64,000 bases of DNA. Source: Phoronis australis. Lineage: Eukaryota; Animalia; Phoronida. Of this stretch, positions 13,571 to 40,243 are shown piece by piece; position 1 is the stretch's first letter; every line of letters starts with the position of its first letter. The notes beneath the pieces were generated by a model, which was not told where the DNA came from, did no database searches, and saw only the letters and a list, made by a program, of their open reading frames with translations. Both the position numbers and the translations under genes were made by a program. The stretch is taken from contig NMRA01000001.1 of the NCBI GenBank assembly GCA_002633005.1, positions 2,959,695-3,023,694 of the forward strand. Reading direction: 5' to 3'.

Positions 13571-14970
13571 CTGATACGCCGTAAAATATAACAATTTCGT
13601 AAAATGTAACAGCTTTTACATTTTACGTCATTGTTACATTTTACGTCATCGTTACATTTTACGTTGCTAGCCGTTACATTTCTAAATGTTACATTTTACG
13701 TCGAATGCGCATGCGAGAAATGTACCATTGTTACATTTTACGAAAGCGACGTCATATTTCATGAGTTTGGATGGTATTTTTCACACGGAGGAAAACGGTT
13801 TCCCCAATTGCTTGAATGAAACTTAAATTCGTCAAAAATGTGCCAGCTCGAATAATTCGATGTGTCCCTATGTGCTTTCCATTGTTTTTTTGTTGACGTT
13901 CACAGGTCATAAACCAATCCGGAATTATATTAAACACACTTCCCTTGGTAAGCACAGCAGAAACAATGACATCGTATTTTGGCTAATATTTATCGTATTT
14001 CTTCCGGAAACAACAAAATGTTTCACGCAGAATTCAATTTCGGAAGTCAACCGTTCGATCTTATTAGTTATATCACAAACAATACGTGCTTGCCGATAGT
14101 ACAGCAATAATAAACTCTTGAAGTTGGCGCAAATCTTAAGATTTTAAATCTCAACCTCGTTTCTAAAAAGTAGGCCTACTCTGCATCCACAACGGTCAAG
14201 AAGTTTCTCACATCGTTGAGACTGAACCTAGGAACCCTTTCAAAATCCTTTCAATTAAAGCGGCACTCTCTGTCCATTATGGGAAGCCCGGTAAAAACAT
14301 TGAACCATAAATGAGATGATTTTAAAATCTTTGAGAACTATGATATAATAGAAACTTTTCTTAGCAAGTATTGTGTAGTACTCTGTCCTCGTAAGTATTC
14401 ATTAATAATAATCATGATAATGAAAATAATGATAACAGTAATAATGATAAAAGTTAGCCAAATCCATGCCGTGTCAGCCCGCAGGGTATTCCTATAGAAG
14501 AGGTTTACGAAAAGTTCCTCCCAAAAGGGTGCTTTTTCAAAGCAAAAATACTCGCCAAAATCATGCGAAGTGTTTTTTTTAAAACAAAATTACTCTCTAA
14601 ATAGGTAACTTTTTGTCCGAGCCCACTCATGGGCAGGTATCCTATTTCCCGGAGGCACCTCTTGTCCAAAAATACTCGAATACCCCGGACTATGTCAGAC
14701 ATCACTTGTTCGTGATTTTGGTCATTTACTTTGTGATATGACGTTGGTTTCGGAAAATGTAACAATGGACCATTTTACGTCGAATTCGCATGCGAGAAAT
14801 GTATCGGGGTACATTTCTCCTATGCGCATTCGACGTAAAACGTAACAATTACGTAAAATGTAACAACTTGTTACATTTTAGGAGGCTTAGCAACGTAAAA
14901 TGTAACAATGACATAAAAAATGTAACAGTTGTTACACTTTACGAAGTTGTTACATTTTACGGCGTATCAG
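13571..14970. mobile_element. 1.4-kb foldback-type non-autonomous DNA transposon
   Basis: Perfect terminal IR CTGATACGCCGTAAAA / TTTTACGGCGTATCAG; ~180-230-bp arms built of repeated GTTACATTTTACG / CGTAAAATGTAAC modules. Confidence 0.85.
14479..14688. mobile_element. Small MITE nested in the foldback element
   Basis: Imperfect inverted ends CCCGCAGGGTATTC / GAATACCCCGG; a similar terminus GAGTACTCCTCCCCTCGGG occurs near 59467-59485. Confidence 0.4.
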
Positions 14971-17900
14971 ATCTCACACTGATAGTACGCAAGTATAGCA
15001 CTGAAGCGACACCTATCAGGCTAGTCAACTCAAGAGAATATATTAAATGTCACTCCAATCACGAACTTAACCGCACAAGGTGGGTTAGCCGACTCGTGAA
15101 CGAGACGGTTTCGCCACATACGAGAAGTCAATGAACTGTAAACATGTCGTCAAATCTACGACGTCACGTGGATTCACACAAGGAATAGTGGTCCGTCATG
15201 GGATGTTCATACTTTCAGATTATGTAGGACCCGGGCTAGAAAATATGTCATATTCTGGTAGTCTCAGAAATGGCTGATCGGATTCACATGAAATTTGAGA
15301 TACTACGACTTATGCACTCCTTTACAAAACGCTGTTAAAACATTGTTTTAGAAATGTTCCACTTTTACATCAGAAGCTATCGAAAACTGATGAGATTTAC
15401 GACAATAATTCGACATTCGCAATTCTGTGAAACCGGATGCTAAAAGATACAGCACTACCTTCAAGGGATTTTTAGGCTGTTAAACATCTGTGAATAATGA
15501 TGCGTGACAAAACCGTATTCCTATATAACTATATACGAGAATGTGGACCTTATCAATAACATTGTGGACCAACCACTCCATATCAAGCACCGTAATTGTA
15601 GACAGATAAAACAGGGGCAACTTTCTACCAAGTTTATTTTTACAAGTACTGAGACATGGGCTAAAGGTTAAATGGCAAACAATCCTAATTAAATTTAATT
15701 TAATTTGTGTACGCAAATTGACAGGTCAGCATATCAAACGCTCAGTTCACGAGTTTTACACAAAACTCAGTACACACCATATACTGTACCTCCTTCAGAA
15801 CAGTAAACAAAAGAAATTCTATTCAGAAGTGGACAGTGGAGAATTCAAATTCTTAAAAAATAAACGAAAAGCATTTCAAGATCAACTTTATCGACCTTGC
15901 TTGCCAGTAAGTTCAGAATGCCTGTGAACGAAAATTAACTTAAACAGACAATAACCTCAATTCCAAGTTTTTGCTCAAGTTGATCATCCATACCCTGAAG
16001 GCATTAATTAATGTTCGCTTACAAAGTACCAGAGGTCAACAGAGTGTCGGAGCTGCAAACAAGCATACATTAGACAACAACACAAGGATAAGTTTCAAAA
16101 GCTTTGTTTTAACTGAATTGTACTCTATCCGTCTTCCAACAGCTCAATAATCTAGATCAAAAGTTTGTTTCAACCATATTGTGTTTATGTGCCATGCCTG
16201 TATCATGTTTGCCTGAACACAGTTCCTGCACTAATACCATCATTCCTTTTCTAGATATTCACTAGCCAAGTTCTGGTTTATAAATTATAACAAGTTGTCT
16301 TCAAGGCTGACAACATAATATGGAATCTTCATTTCTACTACGTATAGAGTTGGTTTCACTGCGCTGACAATGCACAAGCAGCCTGGTAGTTTGTAAACAA
16401 ATTTTTTAAGGAAATTCCCTACTATGGCTTGACGGAAGGATGCAATATGATCAAACTTTTAGTTTTAACAACAAATTTCCAACCCGATCACACATTCATA
16501 GTCAATGAACGAGTCCATCTTCCACAATCCATTACAAGTCGAAATTTCAATAAAAAAACTTCCCCCACAATTAAAGCAACCAATAACCAACATTTGCAAT
16601 ATTGCAATGAGAATTCCATTTCTTCAGAGCAAAATATCTTCAAAACTTAAGTGGAAGAATAGAAAAAAACCAAAGCAATAAACTTAGGACAAAAATCTTG
16701 CAACCCAGTTAGCTCCCAGCTCAGCAGTTAAAAGGAGATGTTCATTTGTTGCTCTACACTTTCTATGAATTATTGCTTTTGACTATCAATCGAAAGTGTG
16801 CATTTTAAATGTAGTCTATCTTTCTAATACAAATAACATACTAACAGTACTACTTAATACTATACAAGTTATAAAATGATATGTATGAAACCAGCTGGAC
16901 GAATACATGGTTATACATTTGCTGTAGTATAAATAGAGGCTGGAAATATCTTACAGAAAATCTGCTCTTGTTTAGCAGCGGCACACAGTGTGGCGCCACT
17001 AGTGCCACAGCTCTGCACATAAAACATAGAAAACTGCTCATCTTAAAACAACAAAAATATCAAGTATTAAATGAAATAACCTTACCACAAGTCCACAAGC
17101 ACTGTTATTTCATAGCATCTCAAAAGTGGCCAGTAGCAATACAATGTTAACATCTTACATACTACAAGCATAACGCATTAATCGGTCCTTGCCATTACCA
17201 AAAACAAAACTATTATATCAAAAGTCGACAGAACTCATGCACACTTAAATATGTCAATAAGTATCCACCCATTGCTTAAAAATCACACACTCAATTAGTA
17301 TTAAAACACTTGTGCTACTGGCTAAGACCCTGGTTTTGAGTATTACGACTATACATTCACCTTTCGCAGAATCATGCCATTCAACCCGTTCAAACATAAA
17401 AAGGACAGTCCACTGTGGATGGCGACGCCCTCACATCACATGATGACGCACTCACCACATCTCATGGTGACAGTCACTACATTACAAAATACCGTTTAAT
17501 ATGCCCCGACTACATAATAGACTCTATGTACAAGTTTGCTTTATCAGATAGTCTTAAAACATGCATACAGTACATACATACATACATACATACAAAAATA
17601 TTACAGTGCCAAGCAGATTAAATGTCAAAAACATGTCATATTTGATACACTGAGTTTTATGTACATCACTATTCATGCATATAAACACAAGAGGGCAGCT
17701 CCAGAAGCATGTGTAGATAACAATACAATTCACAGGTTCAAAACATCAATTATAGCATTTCATCTTCGAGAGCCAATGATTTCTAACAAAGATGCCAAAG
17801 GCACTTCTTGTGTACCTGCTCAGGATGGTGTCCTGATACAGATGGACACCTTCTTAAATACGCCAACAGTTTTAAAATTTTTCAAAATATTAAGAACAGG

Positions 17901-18071
17901 TTATAAAATTAGCTGTAAGCAACAGACAATTCGACATGTGAAAATGACTGCCTGACACGAAGGCCTGGAGACAACGTACTCTGCAACCAGGTAATACATC
18001 AGTGAAAACGCCACCTTGTGGCCACCTCCTTCCACGACTTGTGTGATGTTCATGGACCCAACATTACCCCT

Positions 18072-29671
<11,600 letters not shown>

Positions 29672-29676
<5 letters not shown>

Positions 29677-29810
29677 CTCTAGGTGTGTTATGGTAGCTGG
29701 AAGTGGACATTGGGAACCGAATTATGGGGGGTACTGCAGAGACATCTCAAGGTGAGTTGTGGTAGCTGGAAGTGGACATCGGGAACTGAACTATAGGGAC
29801 ACTAGACATG
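29672..29810. repeat. ~65-69-bp diverged tandem duplication immediately upstream of the PAK start codon
   Basis: GACATCTC(T/A)AGGTG..TT.TGGTAGCTGGAAGTGGACAT.GGGAAC.GAA.TAT.GGG occurs twice, with a third GACAT at 29805. Confidence 0.85.
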
Positions 29811-32800
29811 CAACTCCTTAGCGTTGTGAAAGTAATTGTCGATTTCTGATACTGGTAAAACTGGCATACTTAACAAGGACAAACGAACCCCAGTTTCTTT
29901 CATTCATTTTGAGACGAACTTTTTTTGTAAATTATTTGAATATCCCATCACACAACAGTGGTAACTTGACGACAAGGTGGCCACAAAGAATCTATAGAAT
30001 GCTGGGGATTCCCACGCCTTCAATGCCCAATGCAAAATGCTGTCCACACGCAACTGCCACCTAGTGACAAGGTGAAATTCATTATGTAGTTGCTAAATCT
30101 GAAAATATTGCTACAAGCACAAAGACCAGGGAGAGATGCGACGTGACAATATGTTGTTGACACAAACTTTTAAAATTCATTTCCACCATTTGTTCAGTAA
30201 AGATGAACGTTAAAAATATATTTCACCCGGAAATCAGAGGGTTACTGTAACAACAGGGACCCATTCGGTAGATGCCATGCACTTGTAAAAACAGCTGTTG
30301 TGTGATCGTGTGCTTTGCTAAGTCATGGTAATATCTTAGGAAGACTTGCATGGTCTTGCTCAACTAAATCTAAACAATCATATTGGTCACTGCCCTACAA
30401 GCCAGCAAGCTGAAAATTACAGTCTATGTGAAACTACGGAAACGACTGTTGTACTTTAAAGATCCTTCGTCACCATTTTCAATAACAAAAATTAAGTCAA
30501 AAACAATTTTGGTTTAGAAAAGAAACACTTGACCAAGACACTTCGTTATCATTATGCAGAGACATGTAAGGCTCTATGATTGCAAACTTAGTTTACAGGT
30601 CCCTCATATAGTACTGGTAATACAACACAGCCTGCCCTCAAACCAACAATTACCAACAGTGAAACACTGTTTTATCTTAATGAGGTTAAGGGGTGACCCT
30701 GATTTGGGCACAGAAGCTGTTAACTTGTCAACATAAATCAGATTAAATGGGGATTCAAGTTCAGATGGCATCAGGTTGTGCAGAGTTTCAGGGTGAGTTG
30801 TCTCAACACCAAGTCTCAGCACCAAGTCTCAGCACACACGCACATAACAGGTAGGGAAGAGCTGAGCTACAGACTCAGCAACCTTACCTTCCCCAGATGG
30901 TAGACAAAGACGTTCACCTTGTGATCAGAGAGATGAAGCACATAACAGTACTTGTTTTGGAGCAAGAAGCTCTGAGATGTCTGTTTGTACTAATCCTTCA
31001 TATAGCAAGACACATGAGATGTTGTTTTCTTCAATTAATGAAAAACGGAAACACTAGGAAAATGTTATTCCATTAGACTGTTATTATTATGATGGGCATT
31101 TCGTCAGAAAAGAAGATTAGGATGCAAAAACGCAACATACAGTTTGAGTAAATGATATAATAACATATCATAACAATAAAAAAATACAGTTTGAGTCAGG
31201 GAAAACCCTGAATGGGCAAGAGAATTTGGCAAAAACTTCAAAAATATCAGAAGAATATCTCACCAGCTATCAGAGGTAGATGAGGGACACATAAGTGAAA
31301 GGCTAGGTTACAACTGGCCCTGACAGTTATCTCAAATCCAACCAAGACCCAGGCAAATTACACAGCGTATACCCACGACTAAGTGCTTGAGGTTTGAGCA
31401 CTACATTAAAATCTAACCAATTTCCACAAAAGCAATTTGCTCTTTTTTCACTTTTCAAGGGCTTCTAACTTTATCGTGAATGCCCATATTTTTTGAAACA
31501 TTGCTCTGGTGATAGCTATGGTGAGGAACTGCTTGGAAAACCATACATGTTGTGCAACACATCTTCTATAGAAAAACGAAAATAAAATTTCACGCGTCCG
31601 CCATGTTGCCTCTTTAATTGTTAAAATTATACCATATGAGTTTCAGGTCATCCAAATGCCAGGATGTCACTCAGAGAGGTGCCACATCAGTTGTCAGCAC
31701 AATCCGTCAAGCTTCAAGTGCTATCTCTCATCTATACTGAGGTTCCAGTCAGAAAACAAACATTGATATTTCGTTACCTTCTTTTGCACTTAAACTTTTC
31801 ACAGCCCAGACTTCTCAACTAAAAATACCGACAGACACCTCACCTTGATGCAGCATGAGATAACAGACAACTTGCTACTAAATTGCAAATATGTTAAAAA
31901 ACAAGGGCTCCATTTCAATGAACAACTAATCCGGACAAAACATACTAGTGACCTTCTTGGGCATGGCCTCGCCAGAGTGTCTTTGCCAATGGCAGAGTCG
32001 ATAAAAATAACTAGTTGGATTGGTATTCTAAAACAATTACATTTCGCCATGTGATCTTTAAAGAACTTTAGCAAGTAGATTGATTTCTATTTAGTTGCCT
32101 TGTGTTCCAACATTTGAAGACATTCTGTGCTTCAGCAGGACACGTATTTTGTAGCAGAGAACATCACTTAGTTCAATAATTATCTGGTACTCGGAACACA
32201 GTTTTTGATAATTCAGGACAGTAACTTCATTATGTTGCAGTCAATCTACACAATAGGCATACAAAGTATCTCTGCATACAAAGAAACACCTCTGTTACAA
32301 ACACTAACATATGGATACTGTCAGTTACAGTTTCGTTTCAGCAGCAGTTTCGACAACAAAAAGCCAGGATAATCCCTCATCTGACCAGAAAAGTGCCTGT
32401 GCCTTCTGAAAGGGGAATTTTTTGGGTGAGGGGAAAACACCCAATTTGGAATCCGAATCCAAGAGGAATCGTCAACCATTGTAGACAATTTTTGGGCCTG
32501 ATGAATGGAATTTTGCACGAGCTTATAGTGGAATGAGACCGATATTCAGCCTCAAAATCGAGGCATTGAGGACCTTGAATGCAGAGCCAGTGCATGGATA
32601 TGTAGCCAAACTGAGCTCCACAAACAGCAAAGATTTAAGGGGTGACCATCTCTTCAGGTATTTCTACTGTAGTCAGATCCATTTGAAAATCAACATCAGT
32701 TGTGCTCTGTTCATTAGGAGCACATAGATCTGATTTAATGAAGATTCATCAAAGAACTAGGTAATACTGACGCAAAGATAATTTGCCACAAGAGGGTACC

Positions 32801-35239
32801 ACAGTAATCAGACCTAAATGGAAATTAACGTTAGCCATATTTTCCTCTGTAGAAAGATATCTACTCAATTTCAATATGGTCATTAAAAGAAGTTTGAAAG
32901 ATATAGAGGCAAGCATCAGAAACAGAATGCAAATTTATAAAAGATGGCCACTAGGAGGTGCAAAATGTCGAATCCATCTAAAATGGGAATGTGTCATCTC
33001 TTTAGTAAAAACCTGTTTGCCAAATTATATGCAAAATCAGCAAGCAACTCTGAAGACAGGCAAAGGTAGCAAATAAAATGATCCGTAGGAGACACAGTGG
33101 TGGCTGTACTAGTTGGACCCGCACGCCGCCGTCCCATCCACAATAGAAACACGTAGATCTGCAAAAGTTCACAAATTCCGATGGAGAGGTTGCGGATATA
33201 CAGCAACAGATGCCAGCTGACTTGAAAGGACAGCAAGATGTGGGCACATAATAAACGTAAAGGGGCAACCAGCTTTATACTACAACAGTACAGCAAGCAT
33301 CGTGACCATCAGTCTGAAAAAATAGCCACGATCCCTAGAACAAGCACAAGCTGCCTGGATCTCTCATATAACCACTGTTAGCCTACTGTTATCAGTGTAT
33401 CTATGTTATGATTCAAACGCCCATAACTCACACACAGATGACTTCATCAGATACACAAGCCTATATAAGAAGCAAGGTGTACACATGAATCATAACAAGT
33501 AACATGTGCAACTGTTCACAGAGACAAACCTAACACTAACACTTCCATAGAATTTCAGTTGATAGTGTTAAAAAGGGGGTTGGAGATTTCATGAGAATTG
33601 AAAAATGGTCTAATGGAGATTACTAACTTAATTGTCTCCTCATTACAAACACATCTAATTACCAAATGTGACAATACAAAAACAGCGATATTAAAAGGCA
33701 TTCTCAACCAAGTGTTGATTAAATACACATATTCTGCATTATTTAAGGAATTTACAGCAAAAGAGTAGAACAAACATCCGTCTTCAGCCAAGACGACTTG
33801 CCCCTTTTCAGTAACTGGAGCCAACATACGGTAAAGTCTCACCAATTTTGGACAAAAATAATTGCCAAAATTGGTCTTTTTTTATTTTTCAAACGCATAT
33901 CATTAATATTGTTTTGAATCTCCACAGTTGCTGGAAACATTGTCTGAAGTTAGTTATGGCATAGACCTTTAAAATGGTATAACATTTATTTCGTGCTATT
34001 TATCTCTGATTAAAAAATGAAAACATATAATTTCCCTTGTTCGCGATATTGTGTCCTAAATTAATGAGATTTTACCGTAAGTCCCATCCACATACAGACT
34101 TACCCTAAGACAACTTGCACTAGTGCAACATAACCCAATTTTAAGTGGAGCGTCCACACACACATATCTAATAACTGGGCTAAGACGTAAGTTGTCGTTT
34201 TGTGCATGACAATGGACAGCTGATGTCAATACAGCGCACAATAGAAGATATGTCTGTATGTAACCGCAGCAAATAATTACTTCCGCAGTACCCCACTTTT
34301 ACAACCACACAGTGATAAGAAGTGGCGCAAGTTACCATAGAACAAGTTACCCCACCTCGATAATTTGGAGTAAGATGTCACAAGTGGGGTAAGTTGTACC
34401 ATTAAATTGCGTCCAGACAGCCTACAAAAATAACGACAACTCCGGTCAAGGATTAACTTGTTCTGTGGTAAGTCTGTGTGTAGACAGCACACTACTATCA
34501 ATGTGCTAAAGCAAAGAAGAAAAAACTCCAGTAATGATAATAGATACAGTAAGCTGGAAATACACCAGACGCAACATTGAGAGGTCATCAAAGGCGGGAC
34601 AGAAGTGAACCAGCAAAGGATATGGTGTGATGTAGGCCAAATGGAGCACAGGGTACGCCCTTATAAATTGACCTATCGCAAGCTCTGCCCCCTTGCGAGA
34701 AGTCGACAAATAAACAATAAGATTTACCCGGCAATATGTTGTTTGTCGGGTAAAATGGCGCCTTGGAAATGAAGGTGTGTCAAGAATGCTGCATTCTGAT
34801 TGGTCAGTTAAGAGGTCACTCAAAATCTTGGCAGAAGAATTGCCCATGCAGGCTGTTTGAGAAGTCAATGAAAAACCAACAAACTAAAAAATACATAAAA
34901 GAAACAGGCACATGTTCCTCAGGTGATGGCATTAAAACACTGCAAAACTATTGTATGAAAACGAGTGCATAACACTAATGATTTTCGGGCACAAATTCAT
35001 CAAAATGAAGCTTGAAACAAAATTCCCTTTACCGTCTATGGAAGTAAGAATTCTTAAAGCATTGTACAGTACACTGTGTACAAATATTCTAAGATCATGT
35101 AACAAATCCTCACAACATGGACATAAGAATATGTCCATGAAGTTTGTAGACGAAAAATTTCATTTTGTTTGAATTTTCTAATGTGAACACTGCAGAAGTA
35201 TAATATCACCAAGTTCTGACAAGAACTGCCATCGAAACA

Positions 35240-35349
35240 GGTGATAGTCTGATGTAATGTGCCCGAATTTTGAGAACCAGTTTTCCCCACTGAATTACGG
35301 GCATCAAACTGGTTCTCAAAATACGGGCATATTATATCAGACTATTACC
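35240..35349. mobile_element. 110-bp hairpin MITE (PIF/Harbinger-like)
   Basis: 44-bp inverted arms with 4 differences, GG...CC termini, 3-bp flanking duplication ACA. Confidence 0.75.
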
Positions 35350-38300
35350 ACAAAAGGGCCACAGTAAGAAGGTTGCTACAGAGCTTGGCATTAGTAAAGC
35401 AAGCATTAGACAACAACCCTTCCTCACGAAAACAATAATATTTTACAAGATATTGGATACAACAATTTGACACGAAGCCATCACAGACACAGCAGCTCAG
35501 CTGTGACTAGTACATCCAGCTGTCTGCAGCAATAAACAAGGACCAACTGGAAACCTGAGCTGGTAACAGACAGCCACCTGACCCTGCCAACTGCCACTGA
35601 CATATTCTGTGGTTATCATAACTGAGCATTATGAGAACAGAGTGATAGGCACAACACATGGCTAACAGTAAAATGGTCATGATCAACTGCATGTTTGGAC
35701 TACATCACATGGTGAATCTTTCTGAGGCTTTTGACTGGTTGAAAGTCAACATATTAATGGCAGTGGGATAAGACTTAGCTTCGATAGTAACAACCAAAGG
35801 CTATAAGAATTCAGTTTAAAGAGAACACCGTACAGAAGAATCAAATCCAAATATTGCTGGCATCAGAACTAAACGGGCCTTCATCTGGCAGATATTGAGG
35901 GTACGTCTAAATGGAAAACCCTCCTCAAATTTAGATAACCCAGTTAGGATGCTCTGTTCAGCATTTGGACAGCCAAGTAAAGTCGGTAAGCAATTAACGA
36001 TGGGTGTCTCCTTAACTTGCCAACAGCAGCACTTACAGCTCACTGGCCTGTCCAGAATAAAAAGATTGTTTAAGATGATCATAAGATATGAAAAACTTAT
36101 TACGGAACCATGTCTTCAAAGTAACATATCACACTATAACCAAAATTTGATGTAGTTACAAAAAAATGCTCTCCCATGTTACAGAAAAACACATTTTCAA
36201 TGCTCTTGGAACTAATTCATATTTTATGACAGCACAGTAGCAATAAATGAACTATAAGGATGAAGAGTGTGTAGGACACATAAGAAATGTCTCGATGCCG
36301 CTAATTTCGGAATAATTTAGACAATTAGTAACAGTGGTTTTGAGATTTCATCCTTAACAATGAGAGAAAATTTGGTCGTGTCACCGAAAGCATTATTTTG
36401 TCATGAATCCTTTTTTGTAATATTTCAAGGCGAAGACTTTGTCACGTGATCCGTGGTAGAATGGCAAAAAGCTAACAACCAAAATTAGCAAGCTTTTTAC
36501 TTTCAGAAATTCATCTTTTAATAGTTAAAACCAAAAGTTTTCTGGACCTTTGGCAAAATACCGTATGTACACAGAATAAGGTCCCACATCACCTTATGTT
36601 TAAAGCAAAACGAATATACAGGGTTTCTACTTTCAGAAAATATATATTTACTTTTACCGCTATTTACCGAGTTAAAGTCTAGTTTTCAAGATAATTGCCT
36701 AAATACATATATTTGTCAATAAGGTACATAAAAGCACCAGAAACAAGGGTACAGAACCATTAAATACCACAGGTGTTACCAAGGGCAGTTAAATATTGAA
36801 TTTCAACCAAACACATCATTTCGAATAACACTGGTTTCTAAATAGAGGATAACAACAATCTTTTAGCTCAAGGCAAGCTATAGCAAGAACTCCCCAATTG
36901 CAGACAAAAGTAATCGCCAAAACGTAGATGGTTGAATGTTTCAGCCGACTAAATTTCCTTCCAAGCTCTGACATTACCTCCAACATGATTAAAGAACAAT
37001 TTGAGACCAATTTCATAACAGTAAGTGGTTTACATCAAAAGTTCTTTTTTGAGGTGTAAAACTGGTTTTTGAGTTTCACAAAATGTTACAGACATAATTC
37101 CACAGGCTCAATTGATATGATGACCTGCATTTGACACAGAAAGAACACGTGTTGTTTACAAACACAGATAAATTTGCCTACATTAAATGTCAAATAACAA
37201 AAAACTACCGCATTATAAATTCAAAGGTTTAAGCTATAGTAGATTTCATGAGAGTAAAAGGCTTTTAATGCAATTTTAATTTTAAGTCACCTAAACAGGG
37301 AACCCAAATTTGAGTTAGGGTGTCCATTTGGAAGTCCACTACTACTACCGTATTTGCCCTAATAAGCACCCAGGATGCTTAAAAAATTCGCTTCAGGAAG
37401 GGGGCGTTTATTATAGCCCAAGTGGTTGAAACAAAAAGTCCCAGGGACACAAATCTTACAAATTCCATCTTTCCTATGCAACATTTTGCAAGTGTCACAC
37501 ACTTCACTTATGCTCATGCTTGTCCTTGCCTAACTCGAGTGAAGTCAATTGAAATACTATTGTGAAAATCGTAGCAACCTGAAAAAGCGACTAAAAGAGT
37601 GGAGTTGGACTTATTTGCTAAAGTCATTTTAATTACCATGGACATGCTTCATCAAGGATATGTATAGAAGCAGAAAGGATCACTCAAGAAAATAAGTGCT
37701 TTTCTAAGTGACAATTTTTAGTGTAGAATCTTATTTTTGAAAAGGTGAAAACCTCTCACTCAATGAGTGGATTAGGCCTACCGCAGGTTTAAAATACACG
37801 GACGGGATAAGTACAGAAAGCGATAGGGAGTATTGAACCCCTAGACAACCAGCCGAGGGGCTATGCGTTGCCTAGTCAATCTCTTACTTTGGTCTACTAA
37901 CGTATCTGCTAGTTTTCATTACTAAATAAATTGAGACATCTTACATAAATGTGCCACGACTTCTTGATTTTAATCAATACTTTACAAAAATGAAATCGTT
38001 TTGATGAGAGCCCGAGTTGGGTACGAGTTGACTATCTTTGGCACGAGTTGGGTACGAACCTGGTCCTGGGTCGTTTCCGATGAGCTAGACAATGTGGATG
38101 AGAAAATTGTCTGTTGACCAATAGCAGTAGAACTATACAGCTATAATTCAACTCATCTGTTCGGTTTAAATTAACGATTTCACCTATAATGGCGACGAAA
38201 ATGATTCAACCGGCTTCGTTGAGTCATACTCAAACTCAAAATGAACTGACCCACTTCAAAAATTTAAAAACATTCTAGGAATACAACTAAGACATAAAAC

Positions 38301-38406
38301 GGAAAGTTTAGGCGAATAACAATCAACAAATTCGTAATAAACTACGTAAAATAATTCTAATGGAACAATGGTTTGTCAACTGAGTTCACCCAGGACAAAT
38401 ACTCAC

Positions 38407-38510
38407 AGGCTCTGTTCAAACACGCACTTGTTTTCAAAATTCTTCAAGACTCGCCCAGCTCCATCGCCATATTGAATTTACTGCGGAAGAGTCACATCCG
38501 GGAACTTCAA
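38407..38510 (-). promoter_or_regulatory. Candidate promoter / non-coding first exon of the PAK gene
   Basis: Minus-strand donor CCT|GTGAGT at 38407/38406, YY1-like CGCCATATTG (38465-38474) and ETS-like CACATCCGGG (~38493-38502). A second candidate UTR donor AAG|GTAAGG lies near 30888. Inference only. Confidence 0.4.
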
Positions 38511-39544
38511 ATTCGAAGCAATAAAAAGCGCGGGAGGTAACTCTCAAAATGCTGTGCTTGCAGAGATACCTATTGACGGAAAAGGAGGGAAATAAATGTT
38601 CACAAGCAATAACTAATGAGTAAATTTTGATTGAAAAAGAGACAAATTGCCCAACGGGCACGGGTGTATTGACTAATGAATTCAACTTTGGTGATGCCAA
38701 GACATGCATTTTGACAAGTACAAATATAGTATTTGTGTTTTATTTATGTAGATTTTCGTAAATAAATAGTGTACACAAACCTTAGCTCTATTGCTAACAA
38801 AAGCATTGCTCATTGGAAGTCTTCTATAAACATTTTTAGTGACGTATAATGTTTGTTTACTTCATTACGGCAATATAGTGCTTGGCCAATGGCCCGAGTA
38901 CAAAAATACTATCGCTGTATCTACGTTATTCTTTCTATTGATTGAGTAATTATTGATGATGTTTGAATTGTATTGCTAGACATTGACTTGAGTCCGCTGT
39001 GGCGTCTCAGTACCTTGACGTTTTGGCATAAGCAGAACGACCGGTTCACAAACTTACAAAACACTTTTTCTGTTTATTCGGAAAAGGGCTAGACGCACCG
39101 GTCAAGAAATCTGTCAAAGATAGGGCTCTTTTCAAAATTACCCGTGTTAGTTACAGGCTGAATTGGCTAAAAAATATCCCGGTTGCTCGCAAAAGGATTG
39201 TACTACAATTCATGAAAATATACACTCAACCAGAGAAAATACCGCACGGCAAAATAACCTCAGTGCAGTAGCTACCGTGCGTCGTATGAGCTTCGGACAT
39301 ATCCCATATATTCTGCGTGTGTGGCTACGTAGTGCACACCGCAGTCGGGTATCCCGTGCAACAGGAAAATCAATAATTGATATTTTTAAAAGTAAGGGTT
39401 TTGTTTCGATTATTATTAATGAAACAACACGGTCAATACACCGGTCCAAATTCAGTGCCAGGTAAAAACGATAATCAAAAATGTGTAAAAATGTTGTTAG
39501 ATTTCATACACGGCACATCATGTGACCTACTAAGTCTGAAAAGA

Positions 39545-39628
39545 TCTCTGTCCCGACTTGGGTTCGAACCCCGGACTTACTGCTAACCACGCATGCGCTC
39601 TAGTCCATTGACTGAGCTACTTGGGGAA
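39545..39628 (-). mobile_element. tRNA-derived SINE head or tRNA pseudogene
   Basis: Minus strand CCCCAAGTAGCTCAGTCAATGGACTAGAGCG...GGGGTTCGAACCCAAGTCGGGAC has A and B boxes, but the acceptor and anticodon stems do not pair. Confidence 0.6.
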
Positions 39629-40243
39629 CGACAGGCAATTACAAAAATCCAAACAGACAAAATTACTAAATCATTTTTTGATGATCCAAAGGTTGTAAAA
39701 TCTTGATTTTTGCTCAAATTGATTGCATAGACGTTTGCAAAATTCTGTTGTTAAAAGTAGAGGAAACACACCTAAACACGAAATCGATCTTTAAGCCTTA
39801 ACAGCAGGCATTATACCCAAACTTGAGGGAGAGCATTTATACGTGTATATAATGAAGAAGCGCATTTACACGTGTACATAATTGTGTTGTTATAAATCAG
39901 TGCATTGATATCGTGTAAGTTAGAATTATTATTGGTATTCATACACGCAAATCGCCATTTGTTGTTCACATTACGTCATTGGCCTACAGTTAAAGTCTGC
40001 CTTAAAAATGTTTCCAAAATAGGCGTGATATGAATGGCAAGCAGTGGCGATCCGACCCAGCGTTGAAAAGACTCCACAGATACAGTCATTTTCTAAAAAC
40101 TCAAAAGTTTTTAAACTTAAACATCTTCGATATCATCAGTGTGTCGTAACTGAACTTTCGGTTCGGAAATTCGAACAATTTCACTTTGTTTCACCAATTA
40201 AGATCAAATGATATCACCGAAATTAGAGCTCCTTAGTCACGGT

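Noticed and set aside
39545-39628. Functional tRNA gene
   Set aside because: A and B boxes are present, but acceptor and anticodon stems do not pair; treated as SINE or pseudogene. The same applies to 7782 and ~53700.
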